A stretch of DNA of 64,000 nt from assembly GCA_002269645.1 (NCBI GenBank), contig NIVC01002652.1:88943-152942 (forward strand). The letters run 5' to 3'. The notes under the pieces were generated by a model. The model was not told where the DNA came from and ran no database searches. It saw nothing but the letters and a program-made list of their open reading frames with translations. The position numbers and the translations under genes are program-made. This DNA is from Macrostomum lignano. Taxonomy: Eukaryota. Positions 11,047-23,500 of this stretch are shown piece after piece. How positions within the stretch are numbered: position 1 is the stretch's first letter; each line of letters begins with the position of its first letter.

Positions 11047-13363
11047 ATGCCAGCTGTACTGAATACTCATTTTTACTGGATCCAGCTGTACTCGTACACT
11101 GCTCTGGTCTGTTTCTTCCATCAGCTCATGGTGGCAGAAGCGGGTACGTACGCTCGTATGATTCGTATTGTTATGCTTTTTGAGATGCATCTATGACACA
11201 ATAATATCACACTATTTTCTTGCTTGTAATCCACTGTTCATTTGTTAGCCTTGGATACGGAAAGTTCGAGGGCGTAGTCATTGGCAGTCATAGGAGTTTT
11301 CATTGGCAAGCGCGTCTCTGGCGCGCCGATTGAGTTTAAGGGAGCGCCAACAGCAATCGGCGCCAGCTAATAGCTCAAATCTAGATAATCTGCATGACTT
11401 TGAATTAAAATTTATCTCTCCTTCCAATCCAGCTGTTGCTTCGGACTGCTGGGATCGGTACAACTACATCAGGCAATGCAGCTCCCGTCCCTGCGAGCCA
11501 AATCACTACTTTGGCATCAGTTGCCTCTGTAAGCCCTGTCCGTCGAATCTGAGTGGTCGGGACTGCCTGGTTCAGCTGGGCATCTGTCCGCAGAACCAAA
11601 TACCGAATAACAGACTGGAGTCGGGTGGCAATCGTGCCAGTAGGTCGGGAGACACTATTTCTGCCAACGAGCAGGCCGCAACAGGTAAGGATCGAACGCA
11701 TATTACATGTCTATACTAATTGATCTTTCCTAACACAGTGCAGCAAGCTTTGAATCTGGTACATGTATATTGTATTAATTTTTAAGTTGTCTAGCTTTTA
11801 GTCTAGGTAGCCTTTACTAGCAATTAACATATAAAATGAAAAAGGGCTTTTTGCTAGCCACAGGGTTGGGTAGGTTGGTAGGTAGAGCCCTTTATTGATG
11901 CAGATGGTGAGGATAGATAGATAAATAGATTGATTGATTGACGGACAGATAGAAAGACAGATATAGACAGATAGGTGGACAATTGTGGCAGATACATGTA
12001 GACAGATAGACAATTAGACAGGTAGACAGATGGACAGATGCAGGGATAAACAGACAGATAGATAAGACAGTATTAGATAAACAGAAAGACAGACAGTAGA
12101 TAGAAGGTCGTAGATAGACCCAGATAAACGATCAGTAGAATTAGTCTATGCAAACTTTCTACTTTCCATCATCGAGTAGTCAAAGTGCAGGATTTATACT
12201 TTGAATACCTGCATATAAATTGTAATGAAACCAATTAGCATTCACACCTTAAAGGGCCTTTTCGTTAGCTAGAATTACTTGGTGCAGTGAGCATGCTTTT
12301 ACTATTATGCTGTGCTTTAGCGTATAGATACTATAGACTATAGGCTGTGCTGAGTAAGTAGTATAAGAAGTCTTGCGTTTCAGTTTTTTCACTGTTTTAG
12401 ATAACAGAAATTTATTCTACTTTGTCGATTTTTATTCGCTTTTCTCCCTTAGGTCTTTCTGGTGGAAAAATTGCGGCTATTTCCTGCCCTGTTGTTGCGC
12501 TAGCAATCATCGCTGCTATCGGATTTCTTGTGTTTTACAGACGATGGAAGACAGCTAGGAATGGTAGTGACCATGGTAGCCGGATAGAAGATTCAGAAGA
12601 GAGCCATCCTCTGAATGACCTGCAGGATCACAACAACCAGCCACAGGAGCACAACAACCAGCCGCAGGATCGCAACAACCAGCCACCGGATCACAACAAC
12701 CAGCTGCCGGATCACAACAACCAGCCACCGGATCACAACAACCAGCTGCCGGATCACAACAACCAGCCACAGGATCACAACAACCAGCCGCCGGATCACA
12801 ACAACCAGCTGCCGGATCACAACAACCAGCCACCGGATCACAACAACCAGCCACAGGATCACAGCAACCAGCCACCGGATCACAACAACCAGCCACAGGA
12901 TCACAACAACCAGCCACAGGATCACAACAACCAGCCACAGGATCACAACAACCAGCCGCAGGATCGCAACAACCAGCCACCGGATCACAACAACCAGCCA
13001 CATGATCACAACAACCAGCCGCCGGATCACAACAACCAGCTGCCGGATCACAACAACCAGCCACAGGATCACAGCAACCAGCCACCGGATCACAACAACC
13101 AGCCACAGGATCACAACAACCAGCTGCCGGATCACAACAACCAGCCGCCCGATCACAACAACCAGCCACAGGATCACAACAACCAGCCACAGGATCACAG
13201 CAACCAGCCACCGGATCACAACAACCAGCCACAGGATCACAACAACCAGCCACAGGGTCACAGCAACCAGCCGCCCATGGATCCGATCGCTCGCAATCCT
13301 CAGCCGTTCTCCACTTCAGTCCATGATGCCAAAGCACTCGAGTTAGATCGCAATGTTGCTTGA
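11047..13363 (+). CDS. Putative single-pass membrane protein: signal peptide, 8-Cys ectodomain, TM helix, cytoplasmic (HNNQPxD)31 tail
   Basis: Phase-consistent exons 11047-11143, 11433-11684 and 12453-13363 (donors gtacgt and gtaagg, both phase 1). N-terminus MPAVLNTHFYWIQLYSYTALVCFFHQLMVAEA; Cys-rich CWDRYNYIRQCSSRPCEPNHYFGISCLCKPCPSNLSGRDC; TM IAAISCPVVALAIIAAIGFLVFY followed by RRWK. Confidence 0.7.
11911..12125. repeat. Degenerate (GATA/GACA)n microsatellite in intron 2
   Basis: gatagatag/gacagacag runs. Confidence 0.8.
12626..13276 (+). repeat. 21-bp tandem repeat x31, in frame with the receptor tail
   Basis: Unit gatcacaacaaccagcc(a/g)c(a/c)g; 651 bp / 21 = 31. Confidence 0.97.
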
Positions 13364-14898
13364 CCTTTACATGCGCGTCTTTTAGTTTGTTAGCAGCTTT
13401 TTTTGCTGGACAAACTAAGGCGCAGCGTCTTGTTTATCGTCTTTACACCATGTCTCTCGTCTTTTTAGTTAGCTATGCGGGTTAATACGTCGTAATAACA
13501 ATAGCAACTTGCTGGAGGGCTGTGGCCACTCTGACGCAACGCCTTCGGCGAACTCGACCCACAACCAAGCTCTGAATAATTTTGACCATTCCACTGACTC
13601 CTGAACACACACAAGTGCGCCAAAACTGTACTCAGGCACGGACTCATGCACACGCTCACACAGGGTGTACAGCAGCCCTGACTTTCCAATCGTCAGGCAT
13701 GTACACTCTCTGCGTGCCTTGGAGGTTGGGCCTCATCAGTGTGAATCGCATGACAACCTCCCGTCCAGTTTCCGTGCACACGAACCCCCAATTGAATGTG
13801 GCCACGCAACTGATTCGAATCAAGGGTTTTCCCCTAGCTACGATGATCAATAATGTGTTCGAATCAAATTTCAATGCTTATTTTTTCTATCACAGCTGCC
13901 TGTTTTTATCCAGAGTCATGAGAGACATTCCAAGACTTGCTTAAAGTTTTAATGTCTACTTTATCGTTTTCTAATAATATTTCTTTTGTTGTTATTCTAT
14001 TTTAGTCATCTTAAAGATGGACCACGGTCTGTAACCCCTCGCTGCCTTCCCAAATGCCTTCATGATAGTGTGCCTGGAGTTGTACTTTCCAACAAGCAAA
14101 CTTAATTAGCTAGCAATAATTATGTAGAAACTATTCAACATAACAATCGAGTCTCGATCAACGCTAATCAATTTTTCATTTGTTTGCAATGAATCAAAAT
14201 GCAACCATTTTTAACATCCTATATTACTGCTATTGAAATCTTGTCATTTTATATTATAAAAAATGTAACGAAAGACGCTACCAAAAGATGAATCAGCGAT
14301 TTCTTCAGAGAACACTACATAAGCGCATTGTAGCGATAAGACAAATTACGCGATCCGACCCCCAGCCTTTTCTAAGAAAGTCAAGTGTTGCGTCTTTCCC
14401 ACTTCAGTTGCCGTGTAATGTACTTAAACAAAAATTGGTTCATCTGCTTTCCGTTTTTCTTCTACTGCGATTTTTAACCCACACTGTCTAAAATTGGCTT
14501 CATCTTTTGTGCAATATTGGATCCACGTTCCTCTAATACTCAAGTAAACGTACCTCCCAGAAAAACCTCAGGGTATGCTTTCAGCTAGACTAAATGCAAT
14601 TATTATCCGCGTTGCCAGTTTAGCTAATTAAAGCTGCTTGAAGGAGCTATTTTTTCCGGTCGAGGTTGTACTGACGAAATTCGGCTGTATTTCCATACTT
14701 TTAATTGTGCTTGTCATTTTTTCTCGAATAAAATCTACAATGCGAGTTCATATCTGGTTTTATTTTGTTATGACAATACAAATTATCCTGAGAGGTTAAC
14801 CCTCACTGCAGAGCTTGTGTCTATTATACCATGAGTTGCAGAAATATGTTTTTTGTACAAAATACTAATTCTTTTAATATATTACAATTGGAATGGTC

Positions 14899-15005
14899 AC
14901 TCAGTCTGCTCACTCAGTCCCTAGTTACCTGCTCACATTCATTCCCTAGTACCTGCTCACTCTTAGTCCCTAGTACCTGCTCACTCTTAGTCCCTAGTTA
15001 CCTGT
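14899..15005. repeat. Short degenerate repeat (cctagtacctgctcactcttagtc)
   Basis: About 4 imperfect copies; related to 15894-16003. Confidence 0.7.
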
Positions 15006-15077
15006 GAAGAGTTTGCTTTAGCACAAAAGAGAGAGAGAGAGTGAGAGCGTCACAATGTAATTCGTGGACGTCGTAGT

Positions 15078-15177
15078 ATTCCTCGAGTGCAGAAATCAAT
15101 ATATTCCTCGAGTGCAGAAATCAATATATTCCTCGAGTGCAGAAATCAATATATTCCTCGAGTGCAGAAATCAATAT
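15078..15177. repeat. 25-bp repeat x4 (attcctcgagtgcagaaatcaatat)
   Basis: Directly visible. Confidence 0.9.
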
Positions 15178-15893
15178 CAAAGATGCGCCCCAATAACAAA
15201 GTTAATTCTTTATAACAATAGCGAGGTACTCCAAAAAAGGCGTCTTCTTCTAGAAATAACGGAATCGGAGTCGTGTGCTCCTATCGGTTTAATTACTTTA
15301 GGATAATCCAAATCAATCAATCGATAATCCTCTAAGGGTATCGGAATCGGTCCGCAGATCCTATCCAATCCCTAAGGAAAAGGGGAGGCCTCAAACTCAA
15401 TGAACTCAGTTAAATCAACTGATCAATAACGGCCGGCAATAAAATCGCTCTTAATCAATCAAATAACAAAGGCTTGAACACGGCTTACCGTACGGTATTA
15501 ATTCCTCAGAGATGTAGCCTCGATTAGCTTCTCCAGCAAGCTTTAAGATCTTTGGAGGCTGCTCCGAGTCTGAGATTTTTAGCTCTGATTTTGGCTTGTA
15601 TATATCAAAAAATCTTGTGAGAAACAGGTTATTTTGGGTAGGTGACAGTTTCGCGTTTTGGAAATTTGACCCTTTGAAAATTGAATATAATACGGTACGG
15701 TATGGTAATGGATTTCAAGCATCCATTACCATATTCGGAGTTCTAAATTTAAATGTTGCAAAAGATTATCATTCGTTGTTTTCGTGGTCTTAAAATAGAG
15801 TGTGACCACTTCGAATTTTTAGATTTTGAGTTTTTCGCATTTTTGAGTTACTATACTTATAGTAGTTTACCTTGCACTGTATTTTGGAGATCT

Positions 15894-16003
15894 CTACACC
15901 TGCTCACTCTCAGTCCCTACCTGCTCACTCTCAGTCCCTACCTGCTCACTCTCAGTCCCTACCTGCTCACTCTCAGTCCCTACCTGCTCACGCTCAGTCC
16001 CTC
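15894..16003. repeat. 21-bp repeat x5 (cctacctgctcactctcagtc)
   Basis: Directly visible. Confidence 0.9.
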
Positions 16004-16361
16004 GTACCCCTCCCTCCTTCAAACTCGCTTGTTAACCGAAAGATAAAAAGTCCATATCAATTTGAAATTTCCCTCGAGAATGTCCCAATTAGCCGAAGAC
16101 TTTGTTTGCGTAGCCGATCGTGACTTTCTATTAGCCCTTAATAGTACAAACCCAGGGGCCGGTGGGTCTGAGAGGGGAACGGAACCAAATATTGTTTTTC
16201 ATGGCAATTGTCAAAAACAGGATTTGCGCCGGATCAGGGATTCGCTACTGTCAAGTAGAAACTCCTGAGCTCGCATATAAACTGGAGGCAAATTGCCAAC
16301 CCTGTTGACAGATTAGAGTTATTTCCTAGCCCCAGGTTGAAGATACAGAATTCTTAAAAAT

Positions 16362-17374
16362 ATGGAAGCCAACAATGATGCGACTTGGGAGCACATCGAA
16401 TCGGACGTGTTGAGTCAGCAATCTCCCACAAGGTACTGGCGCGCCTTTATTTTGCACTTTTATTTTTGTTCAGGGGTTGTAGCCTATAGTGGTTAGAGTG
16501 TCAGACACAACTGAGAGGTCGGGGGTTCGATTCTCGACCCACTCGGAGCAATTTGTGTCCTTGAGTAAGACGCTTAACTCCGCATTGCTTCAGTTCACCA
16601 CCCAGCTGTAAAATGGGTGCTAGGTGTGCTATTTGTGGTCTGAATGTTCGCGTATAGAAAATTACAACAAAGGTACGAATTATGCTTTTATCGGAGAGCA
16701 GATTAAATGCTTATATTTTAAAACAACATACCTGTTTTACTGCTCAATTGATACTTTTTAAAGCTGTGGCTTTATTGATAAAAAAGATTTATACATGTAA
16801 TTATATATATTATTTATACATAAAATATTGCAAATATTTTAAACCATTTTTCTCCTGAGCCGTAAATTTCTAAAATGCCGGAAAATTAAAATTATTTTGT
16901 TAATTTAGTTCAATCATAATCATAATCTTGTTAAAGGATTCAGAAAAACTCAGTTTTTTTCGCCATCTTGGAACCTGAAAGCTCCTTAAAAATCATCAAG
17001 CTAATTGCGCTCCTGAAAAGATTTCGTAGTCATGGGATGCCGGATGCGCGATGCAATGAGTCACCCCCATCGGTCCATTCAGGCGTTCAACCGATTCGAG
17101 CGAAGTTGACGAGCCGTCGTTCGACCAGCGGCGACAGTCGTGGGAGCGCATCGCAGCAGCAAAGCCGCATTGTGCCGCCAGCGACCTGGAAGCCAGCAGC
17201 AGCGGAGCCAGGCGGTTCCTTGTCCGATTGTCAGCCCTGGGCAGCCGGATCTACGAGACCATTCTCAGTCACTTCTGCTTCGTGTTTGCCGAATACGACG
17301 GGCATCGGCGGCCGAGCCACTACAGCAGCAACTATGGCGACGAGATCGATAGCGATTCGGTTGGAGAGAGTTGA
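16362..17374 (+). CDS. Hypothetical 120-aa two-exon protein
   Basis: Exons 16362-16432 (MEANNDATWEHIESDVLSQQSPT, donor AG|gtactg, phase 2) and 17083-17374 (RSTDSSEVDEPSFDQRRQSWERIAAAKPHC...GES*) are phase-consistent, and exon 2 is GC-rich. No family recognised. Confidence 0.45.
16473..16625 (+). mobile_element. tRNA-derived SINE with CORE-like domain
   Basis: A-box tagcctatagtgg and B-box ggttcgattct, followed by tgtgtccttgagtaagacgcttaac...cagctgtaaaatggg, which resembles the CORE/MIR central domain. No tRNA acceptor stem closes. Confidence 0.75.
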
Positions 17375-18223
17375 ATCAACCGCGGTTTCCTCAAGGACAA
17401 CTTATTTAAGCCTTTGGGTAACTTCAAGTGGTCCTTGCGACGGCTGTGCAAAAGTCTCATAAGTTTTCTTGTAATCTATAGATTCGATCAGTAGAGAAAT
17501 CTACATTTTGAGGTCAGATGCTTATAAATTCCGCAGGCCCAATCGAACTGATCGCACATACTCGTATTCTGAAATTTTATTTGATTTTCACACCCGCATG
17601 TTGCTAGTATAGTTTATATTATATTATATCATTCCACTCATCCTTACATAAATTTCAAAATTCAGTTTTTTTGCATGGCATATGTGACTCATGGTTCTTT
17701 TTAATGCATCGATTCCATATGCTCGTAGATTAAACGTATGTAAATAAACATGCAATTGATTTATACCTTGCATGCTCAAACCAAACAAGAATCTGATAAA
17801 AAACGTCATGTCATCATCTTAAGCCAATAAAGATATGACAAAAATGGGGATATGACAGCTGAGGGGGGGGCATGACCCCCTTTTGCCCCACCCCTGGATC
17901 CGCCATTATAGCATAGAACAACATGCTAGTTTGACAATGACACCTGCCGGATATTAATCTGAGTGTCCGTCAAAGAGAGAATCAGCTGTCAATGCGAGAC
18001 AGTTTACTGCTGATCAATACCATTACAATCAGCAGTACACTGTAGATCGAGAAGAGCAGCAGAATTTTTGCTACTGCATTTTTTACAGAATTTCGCAGGT
18101 CCTACAGGCTACAGTGTAGTCCAGGCCAGAGAGTACATCCATGTATCAAGATCTGTATTATACTTTTACAACAAACGATGGATCTTTGACGACAGAGAGA
18201 ATTCGCGGTAGTCAGATTGGGGT

Positions 18224-18635
18224 GCTTTCAGAAGGTCGAAATTTCACAACATCGAAACTTTAGCAAAGCTAGGACTTCATAAGGTCGAAATTTCACAAGG
18301 TCGAAATTTCACAACGTAGAAAACTCCAATAGCAGCCACTTTCACAAGGTCGGAATTTCACAAGATCGAAATTTCACAACACCGAAAACTCTAATCAGCT
18401 CGAAATTTCACAACGTCCAAAATTTAATATAACAAGAACCATATACAGTAGTTTTCTACGTTGTGAAATTTCGACCTTGAAGTCTCTTGCTAAAGTTTTC
18501 GGTGTTGTGAAATTTCGATCTTGTGAAGTTTCGACCTTGTGAAAATTGCTGCAGCTGTTTAAGTTTTCTACGTTGTGAAATTTCGACCTTGTGAAAGAAG
18601 GTGCTTTCGACGTTGTGAAATTTCGAGTTTGTGAA
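18224..18635. mobile_element. Foldback/MITE-like element with modular inverted arms
   Basis: Left arm repeats ggtcgaaatttcacaa and right arm repeats ttgtgaaatttcgacc; an approx. 31-nt block at 18294-18324 recurs inverted in the right arm. Confidence 0.65.
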
Positions 18636-20555
18636 CCGGCCCCCGTCAGAATGGGCGAAAAGCAGATCTAAACGTCGCGATGCCAATTTATCATTGCGGT
18701 TTTCACAGCAGTATAAAATCTCAACTTTACTTCTTTACATCAGTGAAAAATTTGATTGTGTATAGTTTTTAGCCACCCTGGAGAAATTTATACTTTCAGA
18801 AACATTAAAATTGTGCTAATTCCACCTGCGGGACCTGATTCCAAACCCGAATAGACAGTATGGAGAAACTTCAAGGGAATTCTTGATTCACCTTTAAACT
18901 GTAGGCTGCGCTTATTTTTTGTGGTACATTTACATATAAAGACTAAATGGGCTTATATGCAAACTGTGGTGCCTACTCAGAATTTCTGGATTCCGGTGTT
19001 AAATAGGTTGCAAATATTCCTTCATAGAAATACAAAGAACTGAACAAGAAATTTTCATATTTTGGTGTAAAGCCGAAAAATACGCGCACTTCCCGGCTTG
19101 AAAACCAAAAGATACATGTATTAATATAGCTTTACCTGTAAAGTTGGCATTGAAAGCCCAACTAATATATTTTAATGCGCACTTATTTAACAAAAGTAAA
19201 AAGTAAGACTCATGAGAAACCAGCAAGAATATCTTAGACGTGTAACACATGTTTCAATGTGTTTTTACTTGAAAATTCGATCTAAAATCAATTCCCATCC
19301 ATAAGGAAAATCATAATCCCTATCCTAAAACCTTTGACTCCCTATATGGTGCCTTAGTGCCTAGTGGTTCTAAGTCATAGTTTGTTTGAAACAACCTAAA
19401 AATGAAACTTAAATTTGAAATTAGGCCTTTAATACTATTAAAACCCCTATAAAACAAAATTATGATATTTTCAAACTATGACTATTTTATATCTATCTTA
19501 GACTTAAGTTCACAAAGTTCACAATAAGAATTCTTAGTCCTTATGGTCTATTTTTATATAGGAATTTTAAAATGTTAAGTATATAGTTTTATATACTAAT
19601 TATAATTATAAAATAATTTTTGTAATATAGGCCTAATGCTATGTTAAAACCTAATGAACTGAAATTTAAAATAGAGGCCTAGCTAACCTTGTTATAGCTT
19701 AATAAAACTATAGTTAAATAACTAAAAAAATAGTTCTTTTTTATTTGTATGAAATAATCTATTGTTACAATCAACCCTCCTCTCTTAATAAAAAATCTTT
19801 AACCATAATTTAGTAACAAGAAAATAATAGACTTTGGCATACAAATTTGGCATATCTTCTTTAATAAGAAATATAATATTTCATTATGATTAATTTATGT
19901 TTATAATATTTACATTATCATTATTTTGAAATCTAGAATTAAAAATAGTAAATCATTCCTGTTATAAAATGACATCTGGCTTTAAATTTGAGTTATAGAG
20001 TAGAACAAATTCAAGTGAACAAAACAAACCCAAAGTTGCACTAGGAGCTGTTGGCACCCTGTCTGGTATATCAAGCATATGGATACTATATGTAGACATA
20101 CACACAAGATTTATAGAGGCTTTGACTTTCTAATTGTAGGCCTAATGTAGACACATATGCAACACAAGGGGCCCAGCCCAGCCAAGGTAAGTTGCAAAAT
20201 GCTTCCCAAAAAACAGACATGGTACTAACTAGATGACAAAGCATTTGGCATTAATAATATGGTCATAGTTAGGCTACTCCAGCCATTTACCCAAAAGTAC
20301 ATTTATTTTGCCTGCATTTTTTTATAGGTAAGTCAAATTTTTTGTCAAAAAGTAAGTCACATGGCTGGTGTAAATCGGGGGGGGGGGGTTGCACATGTAT
20401 GCTCAGGCTATGCAGAGTCAAACCAGGGGGTCAATGGGTCGTGGTCTTAGAGTCAGATGCATTCACCATTGAGCTGCTCCAAACACTTGGCTCACCTTAC
20501 AGCACAATCCACTGCGCTGGCATCCATTCTCTAATCTGCAAGAAATTAAAGCAAA

Positions 20556-23500
20556 ATGGATCATTTAAAAAACATGCGGAGCCTCATCACCCGACCTCGC
20601 ATTGCCATGCTGGCCAGTGCAGCTATCGCCTACTTAGCAACAGCCTCCATCTGCCTGGCCCTCCTGCTGGCCCTGGCTGGCTACGCTGCTGCAGGCGGCT
20701 GGCGGTTCCTTCGCGTGGCTGCTCTGACCGCGCCACGTGATGCCCGCGGCCTCGTTGTACTACTCCGCACCCGCTGGATGCTGCGCCAAATGATAGCGCG
20801 CCGGCGTGGCATCGCCCAGCTGTTTGGCGCCACTGCGGCTGCAAACAGCCATCGGGTTTGCTTCCTGTATGAGGATCAGAGCTGGACATTTCGGCAGGTG
20901 GACGAGTACTCGAATAGGGTGAGCTGCCTTACCTGTCAATTGATTTGTATCAGTCAGTTTAAATATTGTTCCTACCGTGAGTGTAAGAATCCCATTTTAA
21001 TCGCCTTAAAATTCGGCCGAAATTATTGCCTTAAAGTCCTTAAAATTTGGCTCAATCACCCCGATAATTGCTATCTACAATTGCCTCGGTAATTACCCTA
21101 GAGAGTCGCCCTGATAATCGCTTTAGAGATTCGCCCTGATAATCGCCCTAGAGAATCGCCCTGATAATCGTCATAAACAGTCGCTCTAGTTTTTCGCTCT
21201 GATAATCGCCCTGATAATCCTCATAAACAGTCGCTCTAGTTTTTCGCTCTGATAATCGCCCTGATAATCGTCATAAACAGTCGCTCTAGATTTTCGCTCT
21301 GATAATCGCCCTAGAGAGTCGCTTTGATAATCGCCTTAAAGAGTCGCTTTGATAATCGCCTTAAAGAGTCGCTCTGAGAATCACCATAGAAAATCGCCCT
21401 GAGAATCGCCATAGAGATTCGCCATGAGAATCACCACAGAGAATTGCCATAGAGAATCACCATAGAGAATCGCCATAGAGAATCACCATAGAGAATCGCC
21501 ATAGAGAATCGCCATAGAGAATCACCATAGAGAATCGCCATAGAGAATCACCATAGAGAATCGCCATAGAGAATCGCCATAGAGAATCGCCATAGAGAAT
21601 CACCATAGAAAATCGCCAAAGAGAATCGCCATAGAGAATCACCATAGAGATTTGCCATAGAGAATCACCATAGAGAATCGCCATAGAGAATCGCCATAGA
21701 GATTCACCATAGAGAATCGCCATAGAAAATCGCCATAGAGATTCGCCCTTCGAATCACCATAGAGAATCGCCATAGAGAATCACCATAGAGAATCGCCAT
21801 AGAGATTTGCCATAGAGAATCACCATAGAGATTCACCATAGAGAATCGCCATAAAAAATCGCCCTGAGAATCGCCATAGAGATTCGCCATAGAGAATCAC
21901 CATAGAGAATCGCCATAGAGATTTGCCATAGAGAATCACCATAGAGATTCACCATAGAGATTCACCATAGAGAATCACCATAGAGAATCACCATAGAGAT
22001 TCGCCCTTCGAATCACCATAGAGAATCGCCATAGAGAATCACCATAGAGAATCGCCATAGAGAATCACCATAGAGAATCGCGATAGAGAATCACCATAGA
22101 GATTCACCATAGAGAATCGCCATAGAAAATCGCCCTGAGAATCGCCATAGAGATTCGCCATAGAGAATCACCATAGAGAATCGCCATAGAGATTTGCCAT
22201 AGAGATTTGCCATAGAGAATCACCATAGAGAATCACCATAGAGATTCGCCCTTCGAATCACCATAGAGAATCGCCATAGAGAATCACCATAGAGATTCGC
22301 CATAGAGAATCGCCATAGAGATTGCCATAGAGAATCACCATAGAGAATCACCATAGAGAATCGCCATAGAGAATCACCATAGAGATTCACCATAGAGAAT
22401 CGCCATAGAAAATCGCCCTGAGAATCGCCATAGGGATTCGCCATAGAGAATCACCATAGAGAATCGCCATAGAGATTTGCCATAGAGATTTGCCATAGAG
22501 AATCACCATAGAGATTCACCATAGAGAATCACCATAGAGAATCACCATAGAGATTCGCCCTTCGAATCACCATAGAGAATCGCCATAGAAAATCGCCCTG
22601 AGAATCGCCATAGAGATTCGCCCTTCGAATCACCATAGAGAATCGCCATAGAGAATCACCATAGAGATTCACCATAGAGAATCGCCATAGAAAATCGCCC
22701 TGAGAATCGCCATAGAGAATCACCATAGAGAATCGCCATAGAGATTTGCCATAGAGATTTGCCATAGAGAATCACCATAGGGATTCACCATAGAGATTCA
22801 CCATAGAGAATCACCATAGAGAATCGCCCTAAACAATTGCGCAGGTGGCCAACCTTCTAATGGAATCCGGCCACCGTCCCGGCCAAGTGGTGGCCATCCT
22901 GGCCGAGTCGCGGCCCCAGTTCGCCTGCCTGTGGCTGGGTGCAGCTAAAGCCGGGGTAGTCAGCGCCCTGATCAACTCAATCTGCGCGCCCAGTCTCTGC
23001 TGCACTGCCTGCACGCTGCCGACGCGACCAGCCTGATATTCGGCGCTGAGCTGGCGTCCGCGGTGCTGGAGGTGGCGCCAAGCCTGCCAGCGGGCCTGAG
23101 GCTCTACTGCCTGGGCGGTGGCAACGGGGGCCTGTCCAATGCGGCCGATTTGGATGCCAACCTGCTGCGCGCGTCCACTCTGCAACCGGCCTATCCGGTT
23201 AAACAGGGGCCCAATGCTAAGGATCGACTGTTCTATATCTACACCTCGGGTTTGTGGCTTGGTGTTGCTGTCCTTGTTTACTTTGTTAATCATTTAGAAC
23301 AGCTGTTTACCTGGGATCACCGGTATTTTATGATTGAGAACAGCTGTTTACCTGGGATCGCCGGTATTTTATGATTAAGAACAGCTGTTTACCTGGGATC
23401 GCCGGTATTTTATGATTAAGAACAGCTGTTTACCTGGGATCTCCGATTGTTTATGATTGAGAACAGGTGTTTACCTGGGATCAGCGGTATTTTATGATTG

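Noticed and set aside
15056-15560. Possible solo LTR (tgtaa start after a GA tract, PBS-like tggaggctgctccgag)
   Set aside because: No CA end, TSD or second copy, and the PBS match is weak.
16473-16545. Functional tRNA gene
   Set aside because: A and B boxes are present, but the cloverleaf does not close and the sequence continues into a SINE core.
17855-17906. Transposon-end-like motif (ggggcatgacccc...ggatccgccatt), similar to one near 2545-2590
   Set aside because: No partner terminus or TSD identified.
19260-20000. Very AT-rich block as a mitochondrial insertion (NUMT)
   Set aside because: No mitochondrial gene, tRNA or rRNA motif recognised.
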